Source: Chthonomonas calidirosea (lineage in GTDB: Bacteria; Armatimonadota; Fimbriimonadia; Fimbriimonadales; Fimbriimonadaceae). From it: a DNA stretch of 38,481 bases. Both the position numbers and the translations under genes were made by a program. The stretch covers positions 1 through 38,481 of the forward strand of contig CAMAPH010000027.1 in the NCBI GenBank assembly GCA_945859975.1, read 5' to 3'. Positions 29,863 to 38,460 of this stretch are shown here, piece by piece (position 1 is the first letter of the stretch; each line of letters opens with the position of its first letter). The notes beneath the pieces are model-generated. The model worked only from the letters and a program-made list of their open reading frames with translations. It had not been told where the DNA came from and made no database searches.

Positions 29863-29896
29863 GAAAGGACGGAGGCCAGCTGGCCCCCGTCCTTTC
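29863..29896 (-). terminator. Intra-cluster terminator-like hairpin just upstream of the sigma gene
   Basis: Minus-strand RNA GAAAGGACGGGGGCCA-GC-UGGCCUCCGUCCUUUC followed by GCUUU; long stem with one G-U pair. Confidence 0.7.
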
Positions 29897-29907
29897 AGGC
29901 TACCGAA

Positions 29908-30345
29908 TTATCGGCTGACCGCCTTCGAGAACGTGGCCTCTCCGAGGTTGACTTCAGCGAACGAGCACCAGATTTGCACTGACTTCACGTCGGCGATGTA
30001 GCTAGGCACGGTGACCATTCGGTTCATCTTGTTTCCGGCAATCTTGAGCTGCTTGAGAAGGTAGGTGTTGCCCTTGGAGTCAACGATCTGCCAGTGTGGC
30101 GCTGGGGTCTTTGGCAGGGTGAAGTCCTTGCTGAGCATGAGGACGATTCCCTTGTCGGTGACCTTTGCAGAAACCGAGCCCTTGTTGACTTCGATGCCCT
30201 TGAACTTGGTGGAGTTCATCATCATCGAGTCGTTCATCATGTCCTGGGTCTTGGCGAGGAGGGTTACTGGAGTTGCCGAAGCGACCGCGAAAGCGGAGAA
30301 AGCGACGGATGCGATGACGAATTTGGAGAGGTTGTTGAGGTTCAT
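29908..30345 (-). CDS. Exported Met-rich protein with a divergent DM13-like domain
   Basis: Signal peptide (FVIASVAFSAFAVASA), DMMNDSMMMN segment, DF..P..P.PHW, SVQIWCSFAEVNLGEA; SD AAGGA. Confidence 0.65.
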   Translation of the reverse strand: MNLNNLSKFVIASVAFSAFAVASATPVTLLAKTQDMMNDSMMMNSTKFKGIEVNKGSVSAKVTDKGIVLMLSKDFTLPKTPAPHWQIVDSKGNTYLLKQLKIAGNKMNRMVTVPSYIADVKSVQIWCSFAEVNLGEATFSKAVSR

Positions 30346-30396
30346 GGTTTTTTCCTTGGAACAGTTTTTGGAACAGGGTTTGAGTGGTTAAATCGA

Positions 30397-31281
30397 TTAG
30401 GCGAAGAGGAAAGACTCTTCTTTACGGTTGCGCTCTTGGGCAGATCGAAGTTCGGCGGTACCGAGGATCTTCTTGCCAGCTTTATCCGTGATGACGATGG
30501 TTCGGTAGAGCCAGATGTCTAAGTCTTTAGAAGTGGGGAACTTTGCGTTCTTGCTTCCGGACTTGATTTCTCCGAGCTTTACCTTTTTGCTTTTCAAGAA
30601 CTGTGAATACGTCGGAGCGTTTTCCATTTCCACAATAAATGCGGTTCCTGCGGTGTCAAGCTTGAGGCCCGTGAATTCGGTTGCTCGCTTTCCGCCGTCT
30701 TCGACGAGGGCTGCTTTGCCGCCATTTGAAAGCTTGCCGTCGGTGACGACGATTCGGTCATAGGCGGCTAAAGTGAAGCCGGCATCTGTGCGGAAAGAGG
30801 TCTTTTCGACTTCTTTCAGGTTCGATCCGCCGAAGTTGACGGAGAATCGTTTGCACCAGATGGCGACGGCACCGTACTGTTTGAGGTCTGTCCCGGACGG
30901 AAGCTCGTAGTTCTGGTCGCCTTGGTTACCCTTGATGGTTCCGAGATCCAAGAACCCGTTCTTATCAACGCCTGCCTGGCTTCCGTCATTGCCCTTTACA
31001 AGGTAGACGTGTACATCTGGCCCGTTGGAAGTGTGGAATTCGCTAAGTCTTAAGTAGGTCTTTTCACCAACCCGGACTACTTCGGCCTTACCCTTAGTTT
31101 CGTGACCGTAGGACATGAACTCTCCTGTCTTCAAAGTTTGCTTAGTTTCGTTGGAATTTGAAACAGGAAGCGTCTCATTGACCGTAGAGTTAATAAAGAG
31201 TAGTTCAGGGCGGAAGAGGAACCAACCGACGGCTACGACGGGGATCGCTGCTAGGGCGATGGTCTTTTTGTTCAGGGCCAT
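30397..31281 (-). CDS. DM13 (electron transfer) domain protein with a second, Cys-less degenerate DM13-like domain
   Basis: N-terminal anchor WFLFRPELLF..VNE.LP; HETKGKA, LRLSEFHTSNGPDVHVYL, LGTIKGNQGDQNYELP, VAIWCKRFSVNFG. Confidence 0.9.
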   Translation of the reverse strand: MALNKKTIALAAIPVVAVGWFLFRPELLFINSTVNETLPVSNSNETKQTLKTGEFMSYGHETKGKAEVVRVGEKTYLRLSEFHTSNGPDVHVYLVKGNDGSQAGVDKNGFLDLGTIKGNQGDQNYELPSGTDLKQYGAVAIWCKRFSVNFGGSNLKEVEKTSFRTDAGFTLAAYDRIVVTDGKLSNGGKAALVEDGGKRATEFTGLKLDTAGTAFIVEMENAPTYSQFLKSKKVKLGEIKSGSKNAKFPTSKDLDIWLYRTIVITDKAGKKILGTAELRSAQERNRKEESFLFA

Positions 31282-31388
31282 GTGACGTCTAAGTCAGGGG
31301 CGTTCGGGCCAGTTCCAACTATTTCTGCAGCCCTTCAATAGGGGCTTAGGCCCCATCCTGCCCCCTGCTTCCGCTAGACTAGCGGCAC

Positions 31389-32120
31389 ATGGTCATTGCA
31401 AAGGAACTCACCAAAGAGTTCAGCGGCGGCAAGCTCGCGGTGAGCAACGTTTCCTTCACCGCACGGCCGGGCGAAATTTTTGGACTGCTCGGGGTGAACG
31501 GGGCAGGGAAGACGACAACCCTTCGAATGCTTTCTACCGTCCTCACTCCGACATCGGGGAGCGCTACCGTTCAAGGCTTCGACGTTGAGAGAGAACCCAC
31601 CAAGGTGCGCGAGAGCATCGGATTTCTTTCCACGAGCACAGCCCTCTACGGTCGACTGAGCGGGAAAGAAGTCCTGCAGTATTTCGGTCGGCTCTACGGG
31701 ATGTCGAGCGATAAGATCAAAGAAAGGATCGAAATTGTCGAGTCCCTGCTCAAGCTCGGGGAGTTTTGGAACCGGAACTGCGACTCGTACTCCACCGGTC
31801 AAAAGCAGCGAGTCAGTATCGCTCGCACGATTCTTCATGATCCTCCCGTGCTGTTTTTCGACGAGCCAACGGCGGGGCTGGACATTGTTTCGGCTCAAAC
31901 CGTCATGGAATTTATTGAGTCCTGCAAGGCGGCGGGGAAAACGGTGATCTTCAGCACCCACATCATGAGCGAAGTGGAGCGGCTCTGCGATCACATCGCC
32001 GTGATTCACGACGGCAAACTCGTGGCCGACGGTCGTACCGAGGACATCCGCGCTGGCCGGCGCCTGGAAGAGGCGTTCCTTGACCTAGTTGGATACAAGA
32101 AGGAGTTGACTCATGCGTGA
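31389..32120 (+). CDS. ABC exporter ATP-binding subunit (NatA-like)
   Basis: GVNGAGKTT, YSTGQKQRVSIAR, FFDEPTAGLD, FSTHIMSEVERLCD. Confidence 0.93.
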   Translation: MVIAKELTKEFSGGKLAVSNVSFTARPGEIFGLLGVNGAGKTTTLRMLSTVLTPTSGSATVQGFDVEREPTKVRESIGFLSTSTALYGRLSGKEVLQYFGRLYGMSSDKIKERIEIVESLLKLGEFWNRNCDSYSTGQKQRVSIARTILHDPPVLFFDEPTAGLDIVSAQTVMEFIESCKAAGKTVIFSTHIMSEVERLCDHIAVIHDGKLVADGRTEDIRAGRRLEEAFLDLVGYKKELTHA

Positions 32121-33279
32121 GGTCTTTCTAAAAGAACTGCGCGAAATGTTTCGCGACAAGCGAGTGCGCTCAACCGCATTCCTTGGCCCCATCATTCTGA
32201 TCTTCGGACTGCTGTTCCTCTTGAGCACGGTCATTGGCAATTTGGCCAAGCCGCAGAGCGTCAAAGTGCACCTTTTGGAAAGCACTCCATCTGCTTGGGT
32301 GAAGCGGTTCGAAGCCGAAAAGTATCAGGTTCAGTTTGTGAAGTCCGAGCCTGAGGGACGCAAATTGATCACGGACGGAAAAGCCCGGACGCTGGTGATC
32401 TTTGATGCCCCTGGTTCGGGCAAGGTTCTTAAGGTTCGCGTTCTGTTTGATGAGTCCGAGCAGCTAGGCCAAATTGGTAAAGAGCGCATCCTCGGCGTCT
32501 TCCGAGCGGTGAATGAGAAGAAGCTCGCGGGCTACCTGAAGGGGCAAAATGTCACGCCGGAGATGGTCTCGGAAATCGTTCCGGAGGCCGTCAATATCGG
32601 CGTTACCAAAGACAAGGGTGCCGGTGAATTCCTCGTCGGATTCTTGCCGTACCTGATCGTGATCTGGGCCTTCTATGGCGGAATGAGCAGCGCGAGCGAC
32701 CTTGTTGCGGGCGAGAAGGAGCGGTCAACCTTGGAGACTTTGCTGATCTCGCCGGTCTCGCGGACCCAAATCGTGCTGGGCAAAATCTTTGCCCTCGGAG
32801 TGATTTGCTTCTTGTCCTCACTATCAAGTCTGGTTGGGCTCGGGCTCTTCGTTGGCGTCCGACCACCCGGAAGCGAGATGATGCTGAACAAGGGGCTCGG
32901 AATCAATGGCAGCACGGTGGTTCTGGCCATCGCGCTCCTGATCCCACTGGTGCTCATGATGGCGAGCTTGCTGATCCTGATCTCGAGCTATGCGAAGAAC
33001 GCCCGAGAAGCTCAGACTTACCTGAGCCTTGGGAGCTTTGTGGTCATCATGCCGGCGATGTTTAGCCAGTTCATCGGGCTGACGGAGTTTGGCAAAGCCG
33101 CATGGGTCGACTATGTGCCGGTGCTGAACGTGGCAAACCACCTGCGGCTCGCACTGTTGAGCAAGCCGGACTTTGCCGGTGCCGGAGTAGCCATTGTGGT
33201 GAACTTGGTGCTGGCGCTCTTGGCCGGTTGGATAGCGGTCCGGATGTTCCACAAAGAAACGATCATCACCCGGGCTTAA
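32113..33279 (+). CDS. ABC-2 type permease (NatB-like)
   Basis: KELREMFRDKR, AGEKERSTLETLLISPVSR..IVLGK, ISSYAKNAREAQTY; multiple TMs. Confidence 0.92.
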   Translation: MREVFLKELREMFRDKRVRSTAFLGPIILIFGLLFLLSTVIGNLAKPQSVKVHLLESTPSAWVKRFEAEKYQVQFVKSEPEGRKLITDGKARTLVIFDAPGSGKVLKVRVLFDESEQLGQIGKERILGVFRAVNEKKLAGYLKGQNVTPEMVSEIVPEAVNIGVTKDKGAGEFLVGFLPYLIVIWAFYGGMSSASDLVAGEKERSTLETLLISPVSRTQIVLGKIFALGVICFLSSLSSLVGLGLFVGVRPPGSEMMLNKGLGINGSTVVLAIALLIPLVLMMASLLILISSYAKNAREAQTYLSLGSFVVIMPAMFSQFIGLTEFGKAAWVDYVPVLNVANHLRLALLSKPDFAGAGVAIVVNLVLALLAGWIAVRMFHKETIITRA

Positions 33280-33308
33280 TACAACTGCCCGGGTACCTTT
33301 CCCGTGGC

Positions 33309-34109
33309 ATGAGCATCAAACTCGTCGCAATTGACTTGGACGGAACTCTCCTGAATCATCGTAAGGAGATTCCGTCCGAGGTCGCGCAAGCGGTCCGAGA
33401 AGCAGGCGCGAAGGGGATCCGAGTGATGATTGCCAGCGGGAGGCTTTCGGTCAGCGTTCGGCACTATGCAGCTCAGCTCGAACTGAACGGCCCCCATATC
33501 TGCTGCAATGGCGCGGATATCGTGATGGGTAACGGTGAGATTCTCCACCACGTTGAGTTGCCACTTTCCGAAGCCAGAGTCTGTGCCGAGTTCGCTCTTG
33601 AACACGGGCTTCAGATCAACATCTACACGGCAACTGAGGTCTTGTTCTTCGATCGATCGGAGTGGACAGAGCGGTACTTGCAGCGTGTCCCGCATCTTAA
33701 TCCGAGGTTCATCGACTTGCCTGAACTCGAAGAAGTAAGCGTGTCGAAGGTTCTTCTCATGGACCATGCGGATCGGATTCCATTGCACCGCGCGCAGCTG
33801 ACGGGACTACTCAACCACGACTTGTGCCGAATAACGGAGTCGGAGCCGGAGTACTTGGAAGTGCTTCCGCTTGGCGTAAGTAAGGGTGCGGCGCTAAAAC
33901 GGGTCGCGGAGTCGCTGGGAATTCAACAGCAAGAGACCGCCGCCATTGGTGATTACATGAACGATTTTGAAATGGTGGAATGGGCAGGGTTTGGTGGAGC
34001 AATGGAAAATGCGACCCCTGCCCTAAAATCTATTGCAAAGTTGGTCGTTTCGACCAATGATAACAACGGGGTAGCAGAGTTTCTGGCTGCCGTCGGCGAG
34101 GATCGCTGA
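33309..34109 (+). CDS. Cof-type HAD-IIB hydrolase
   Basis: IAIDLDGTLL-type motif I (VAIDLDGTLL), ASGR, CNGA, SKGAAL, IGDYMNDFEM, AMENA, NDNNGVA. Confidence 0.95.
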   Translation: MSIKLVAIDLDGTLLNHRKEIPSEVAQAVREAGAKGIRVMIASGRLSVSVRHYAAQLELNGPHICCNGADIVMGNGEILHHVELPLSEARVCAEFALEHGLQINIYTATEVLFFDRSEWTERYLQRVPHLNPRFIDLPELEEVSVSKVLLMDHADRIPLHRAQLTGLLNHDLCRITESEPEYLEVLPLGVSKGAALKRVAESLGIQQQETAAIGDYMNDFEMVEWAGFGGAMENATPALKSIAKLVVSTNDNNGVAEFLAAVGEDR

Positions 34110-34139
34110 TAACCTGAGAACGAGCCAGGAAGGCACTTC

Positions 34140-35111
34140 ATGAAAGGAATCGGGAAAAAGTTTATTGCTGCGGGCGTTTTATGCCTGCTCAGCGCCTTGG
34201 CTAATGCTGGGACGCTGACGGTGCAGTCTCCGACCGCGAACGCCTTTCTTGGGCAAACCAACACTTTGCGGTTCATCATTACCGGCGCAAAGTTGGAGGT
34301 GACGGTAAAGGCCGAAATCACGGGGCCGACCGGAACGACCACCATCGAGCGCAAGTTCACCCCGGATGGCGACGGCGAGATTTCGAACAGCCTTGCGCTG
34401 AATTTTAGTGAGACGACCTCGGAAGGTGACTACTCGATCAAGGTTTCCGCGACCGAGCCAGCCAACACCTATGAGCCGACCACGATTCCGGTTAAGGTGG
34501 ACGTCAAGGCACCGAAGGTTCTCGAGTTCTATCCGGCGAACGGACAGCACAAGCGGGGACTGGTCAAGATTCGCGCTCGATTGCTGGAGCCAAACCTCAA
34601 GAGTTGGGAAATTCTCGTTAATGACCAGCCCATTGCCAACAACACCGGGAGCACCACCGACGTCTCGGTCGATTGGAACACGGCCGGTATCGCCAGAGAC
34701 GGGAACCAGTCGATCGGTTTGAAAGTTACGGACGAAGCAGGGAACGAAACGAGCCGGTCGGTGAACATCACTCTCGATCGCGTTCAGCCGACCGTGACCA
34801 TCGTTTATCCGCAGGCTGGAAACCGAATTTCACCGCAGACGACGATCCCCGTTATTGTTGATATCGCAGATGCTTCAACGAGCTCGGTCGATGTGACCGG
34901 AGTTGAAGTTGTGTTGCGACGGATGGACGGTTCCTATCTAGGGTCGGTAGCTCGAGTATCGGTCACGAATCAAGGCAGCACGACGCTTCGCTGGACGGGC
35001 CGAATTCGTAGTAGCGTTCCGCTTCCCAGCAGGTTTAAAGTTGTGGTGGACTGCATTGACAAGGCAGGAAACCGGGCGACGAGACAAGAAGTTTCCGTCA
35101 CCATCGGTTAG
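34140..35111 (+). CDS. Secreted protein with tandem bacterial Ig-like domains
   Basis: Signal peptide (…LSALANA); repeated Ig-like units ending in VDVKAP, VTDEAGNE...LDRVQP and IDKAGNR. Confidence 0.75.
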   Translation: MKGIGKKFIAAGVLCLLSALANAGTLTVQSPTANAFLGQTNTLRFIITGAKLEVTVKAEITGPTGTTTIERKFTPDGDGEISNSLALNFSETTSEGDYSIKVSATEPANTYEPTTIPVKVDVKAPKVLEFYPANGQHKRGLVKIRARLLEPNLKSWEILVNDQPIANNTGSTTDVSVDWNTAGIARDGNQSIGLKVTDEAGNETSRSVNITLDRVQPTVTIVYPQAGNRISPQTTIPVIVDIADASTSSVDVTGVEVVLRRMDGSYLGSVARVSVTNQGSTTLRWTGRIRSSVPLPSRFKVVVDCIDKAGNRATRQEVSVTIG

Positions 35112-35155
35112 TCGCGCCGTTCGACGTTCGCGCGTCGTCCGGAATCAAGGAGAGA

Positions 35156-36325
35156 TTGTTGACGAACAGGAAGTTCATCGCGTTCTTTGGAACGTTTATA
35201 TTGTTTGGATCGGCTTCGGCACAAGTGCCGGACCTTTTGAACGCGTTTGACTCGGGTGCCCGATCGCAAGGTGCTGGCGGTGCGCTCAATGGTGCGGCGG
35301 CCGATACTTACTCCACCGTCTACAATCCGGCCGGGCTTGGCTACGTCAATCGTCCGACGTTGCAGCTTGGACAGCGCAATCTTCCCTCAACCCGAACTGC
35401 GGTGGGTGGGACCTTTAACGAACAAAACCGTACGGCAACCCGGCGAAATGGGAGCACCAGTTTTGTGCACTTCGGCTACGCCATCCCAGGCAGCGCAATC
35501 CGGAAAGGCGAGAAGGGAAGCTTTGGCGTTAGCTACAGCATCACTGGATTGGTCGACGACCTCGCTACGGCGGCGGGTGATTTGACCTTTGCACCGGGAA
35601 TTCGAGTTCGAGACTTTACGGAGACCAAGCGAGTTCGAACCGACTTCCTTTCGTTCGGCTATGGCCGGACCAATGCGGCGGGGAATCTGGCGGTCGGTTA
35701 TGGAATCGTGTTTGCAAACCAGTCCCTGACCTTCCGGCAGACGGGGTCGCTGGTTGATGGTAACGGTGATCCGATTTCTGGCGGACCGGCGGTGATCAGT
35801 TTCCCGAATGTCAAATCGCGAACATCCGGGGTTGGTTTAACGGCGGGTGTTCAGTACTCGCCGCCGAATAACCCTAATGCCAGCTTCAACGCCAGCGTTC
35901 GTAGCCCGATTCGGGTAGGCGGCGGTGGATCAGGAGTCAATTTCAGCACGATTCCTGGCCGTTTGATGCTCGGCGCTGCTCTACGGTACGAGGGATACCG
36001 GAAGGGCAAAGATGACTACCTCGTGGTTGGAGCCAACACGCAGTTCTTCTTCGGCGGGCAAGGGAGTTCCGACTTTGAGCGCGGGAGCCAGGGCGGATTT
36101 GGCCTTGGGCTTGAGTACAACCTCGACTTCGGGCGAACTCGGGTGCCGTTGCGGCTGGGATACCAAACGATTGGATCGAGCGGAACGGGCTACGATAGCT
36201 ACCAGACCCTTACTTACGGCATCGGATATCAGCCGGGTGACGGTCGGTACACGATAGACTTCAGCTACGCGCGGCCTCGCTCGGGTGGGCAGGACACTTA
36301 CATTACGGCGACGTATCGATTTTAA
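35156..36325 (+). CDS. Outer-membrane beta-barrel protein, PorV/FadL-like N-terminal motif
   Basis: Signal peptide (…GSASA-Q), GARSQGAGGA...YNPAGLG plug motif, amphipathic strands, terminal TYRF; SD AAGGAG. Confidence 0.75.
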   Translation: MLTNRKFIAFFGTFILFGSASAQVPDLLNAFDSGARSQGAGGALNGAAADTYSTVYNPAGLGYVNRPTLQLGQRNLPSTRTAVGGTFNEQNRTATRRNGSTSFVHFGYAIPGSAIRKGEKGSFGVSYSITGLVDDLATAAGDLTFAPGIRVRDFTETKRVRTDFLSFGYGRTNAAGNLAVGYGIVFANQSLTFRQTGSLVDGNGDPISGGPAVISFPNVKSRTSGVGLTAGVQYSPPNNPNASFNASVRSPIRVGGGGSGVNFSTIPGRLMLGAALRYEGYRKGKDDYLVVGANTQFFFGGQGSSDFERGSQGGFGLGLEYNLDFGRTRVPLRLGYQTIGSSGTGYDSYQTLTYGIGYQPGDGRYTIDFSYARPRSGGQDTYITATYRF

Positions 36326-36327
36326 CC

Positions 36328-37704
36328 ATGCGAATTCTTCCTGTTCTTGGCTTTTTGATTCTGGCAACGGTTGGACACGCCCAAGCATGGAAGGACAATT
36401 ACGAGCGTGGTTTGACCTTGGCGAAGGCCAACGATTGGTCCGCGGCGCGGATGGCTTTTAAAGATGCGTTGAAGACGCGACCGAATGATGAGTCGGTGCC
36501 GACGCCGTTTCCGGGGCCGATTACCGAGCGGCGGGTTTGGCGGAGCGGGGCGCCGTATTCGGCGAACCTGTTGGCTGCTTACAGTGCAATTCGGCAAGCG
36601 GCTCGGCTTGAAGAGAAGGCAGCCCAAGATGCGCTGCTGAAGGAAGCGCAGACCGAACTTGAGAACTCGCTGACCAAGCGACAAGCGGGAAGCAATGCCG
36701 TGTTCTTGCTGGGTGAGGTCTACACGATGCTGGGCTTGGCGGAAAAGCGGGTTGAGCTTCAGCAGAAGGGGATCAATCGAAACTGGCGGGAAGATACCGA
36801 GATCATTGCGCCGGAGCAGATTGCGATTGTGAACCCGACGGGGAACTCTGCGACAACTCCGACGAATCCGCCCACCAATCCACCGACGAACCCTCCTACA
36901 AACCCGCCGACGAATCCTCCAACCAATCCGCCAACCAATCCGCCGGTGAATCCGAACGCGGGGACGGTCTCGCAGGCTCCGGTGGTCGGTGGCGTGCAGA
37001 CGCTTTCGAACAAGTTCGCCTTCATCATCGGCAACTCCGAATCGGGCTTGGGTGAGTTGAACTTGCCGTTTGCGGTGAACGATGCGCAGTTGGTCGCTCA
37101 GGAGATCAACATGTACGGCGGCTACCCGAAGGAGAACATCGTTGTGGTGGAGAACGCCACGGCCGACGTGATGCGGCAGAAGATGACGGAGCTTGCGGCG
37201 CGGATACCGGCGAAGGCGACCGTGATGATTTACTTTAGCGGCGTCGGATCGAACGTGAACGACCGGGACTATTTGGCCGGGACCGATGCTACTGGTTTGT
37301 TAGATACAGCGCATATGCTGTCGAAGGCCGAGCTGTACCAAGCCTTTGCGGCGCGGGAAGCGATCGTTTTTGGCTTCTTCCAAGCGAATCGACCGGAGCG
37401 GACGCCTACTCGGGTGTTCGGCTACGAACTGCCGACGGCCGGGGCGTATTCGCAGTGCCAGGCGACTTTTGCCGGCGGATCGGTTTATAGCCTCGTGCGC
37501 AATGGCAAGCCGGTCGGGGTTTATACCGATGCGTTTGTTGCCGTTCTGCGCGAGTTTCGAACTAACCAGATTCCGATTATCGAGTTCGGCTGGAAGGTGT
37601 TCTACCGAGCTCGTCGGGGCGAGAACGGAACGACCGGCGGCAGCGCCGTGCAGGCTCCGACTTTGCCTGAGTTGAACCTTTTGGGTTCAGACGCGCGCTT
37701 TTAA
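36328..37704 (+). CDS. Secreted protein: TPR-like helices, Pro/Thr/Asn linker, catalytically degenerate caspase-like (peptidase C14-type) domain
   Basis: Signal peptide (…VGHA-Q); KFAFIIGN, LPFAVNDA, MIYFSGVG (His replaced), DYLAGTDA, FFQANR (Cys replaced). Confidence 0.8.
   Translation: MRILPVLGFLILATVGHAQAWKDNYERGLTLAKANDWSAARMAFKDALKTRPNDESVPTPFPGPITERRVWRSGAPYSANLLAAYSAIRQAARLEEKAAQDALLKEAQTELENSLTKRQAGSNAVFLLGEVYTMLGLAEKRVELQQKGINRNWREDTEIIAPEQIAIVNPTGNSATTPTNPPTNPPTNPPTNPPTNPPTNPPTNPPVNPNAGTVSQAPVVGGVQTLSNKFAFIIGNSESGLGELNLPFAVNDAQLVAQEINMYGGYPKENIVVVENATADVMRQKMTELAARIPAKATVMIYFSGVGSNVNDRDYLAGTDATGLLDTAHMLSKAELYQAFAAREAIVFGFFQANRPERTPTRVFGYELPTAGAYSQCQATFAGGSVYSLVRNGKPVGVYTDAFVAVLREFRTNQIPIIEFGWKVFYRARRGENGTTGGSAVQAPTLPELNLLGSDARF
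36859..36951 (+). repeat. Coding 12-bp-period tandem repeat: PTN-(PPTN)x6-PPVN
   Basis: Visible in the translation; the DNA units differ at synonymous positions. Confidence 0.95.
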
Positions 37705-38460
37705 TCGGTCGAAGGCGAGCACCAGACCGTCGAGGGTTAGGCTCGGCTCATACGAGTCGATGCAGTCGCAGAGGTCCAGGAACAAGCCACCGAGGCCGCC
37801 CGTGGAGATGACCTTGGCGTTGCATCCCAGCTCCTTCTGAATCTCGTGCGCGAGGCGGTCTATCGATCCCGCGTACCCCAGCATGATTCCGCTTTGGAGA
37901 GCGGACACCGTGTTACGGCCGATGGCGGTTGTTGGCGGTCGGAACTCTACGCTCGGCAGTTTGGCCGCCCTTTGGAAGAGGGCATTGGCCGAGAGTTGGA
38001 CTCCGGGCAGAATCGCTCCGCCGACGTAGTCACCTTTGGCGTCGATGGTGTCGAATGTCGTGGCGGTGCCAAGGTCGACGACGATGATCGGCGGCTCGAA
38101 GCGGGCCAAGGCGGCGATGGCGTTCGCGATGCGGTCGGAGCCGACGGCGTGCGGCGGATCGTAGGTGACGGTTAGACCGACATCAGCGCCGGTGGTTAGG
38201 AACTGAAGCTTCGTGTCGAGATGCTTCTGGGTGAGCTTCGAGAGGGAATCGTTGATTCCCGGCACGACGGAAGCGCAGATCGCTCCGTCAATTTTCCAGG
38301 GGATGCCTTTGAGCAGGAACAGTCCGCTGAGCCAGGAGGCGAGTTCGTCCTCGGTGGTTTGGATGTTGGTGGTTCTTCGCCAGGTCGCGAGCCAAGTGGA
38401 TCCGTCCCAGAGTCCGAAGACGGTGTGGGTGTTTCCGACGTCGATGGCGAGGAGAGGCAC
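37687..38460 (-). CDS. coaX: Type III pantothenate kinase
   Basis: LLAIDVGNTHT, ASVVP, VGSDR, VVDLGTATT, GGAILPG, IGRNT..ALQSG, STGG, LTLDGL. Confidence 0.97.
   Translation of the reverse strand: MPLLAIDVGNTHTVFGLWDGSTWLATWRRTTNIQTTEDELASWLSGLFLLKGIPWKIDGAICASVVPGINDSLSKLTQKHLDTKLQFLTTGADVGLTVTYDPPHAVGSDRIANAIAALARFEPPIIVVDLGTATTFDTIDAKGDYVGGAILPGVQLSANALFQRAAKLPSVEFRPPTTAIGRNTVSALQSGIMLGYAGSIDRLAHEIQKELGCNAKVISTGGLGGLFLDLCDCIDSYEPSLTLDGLVLAFDRLKARV

Noticed and set aside
33102..33308. N-terminal extension of the HAD hydrolase
   Set aside because: It overlaps the permease gene; HAD motif I follows directly after ATG 33309.
36859..36951. CRISPR-like or VNTR array
   Set aside because: The period is 12 bp, in-frame and coding, with no spacers. 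No CRISPR array or cas genes were seen anywhere in the window.
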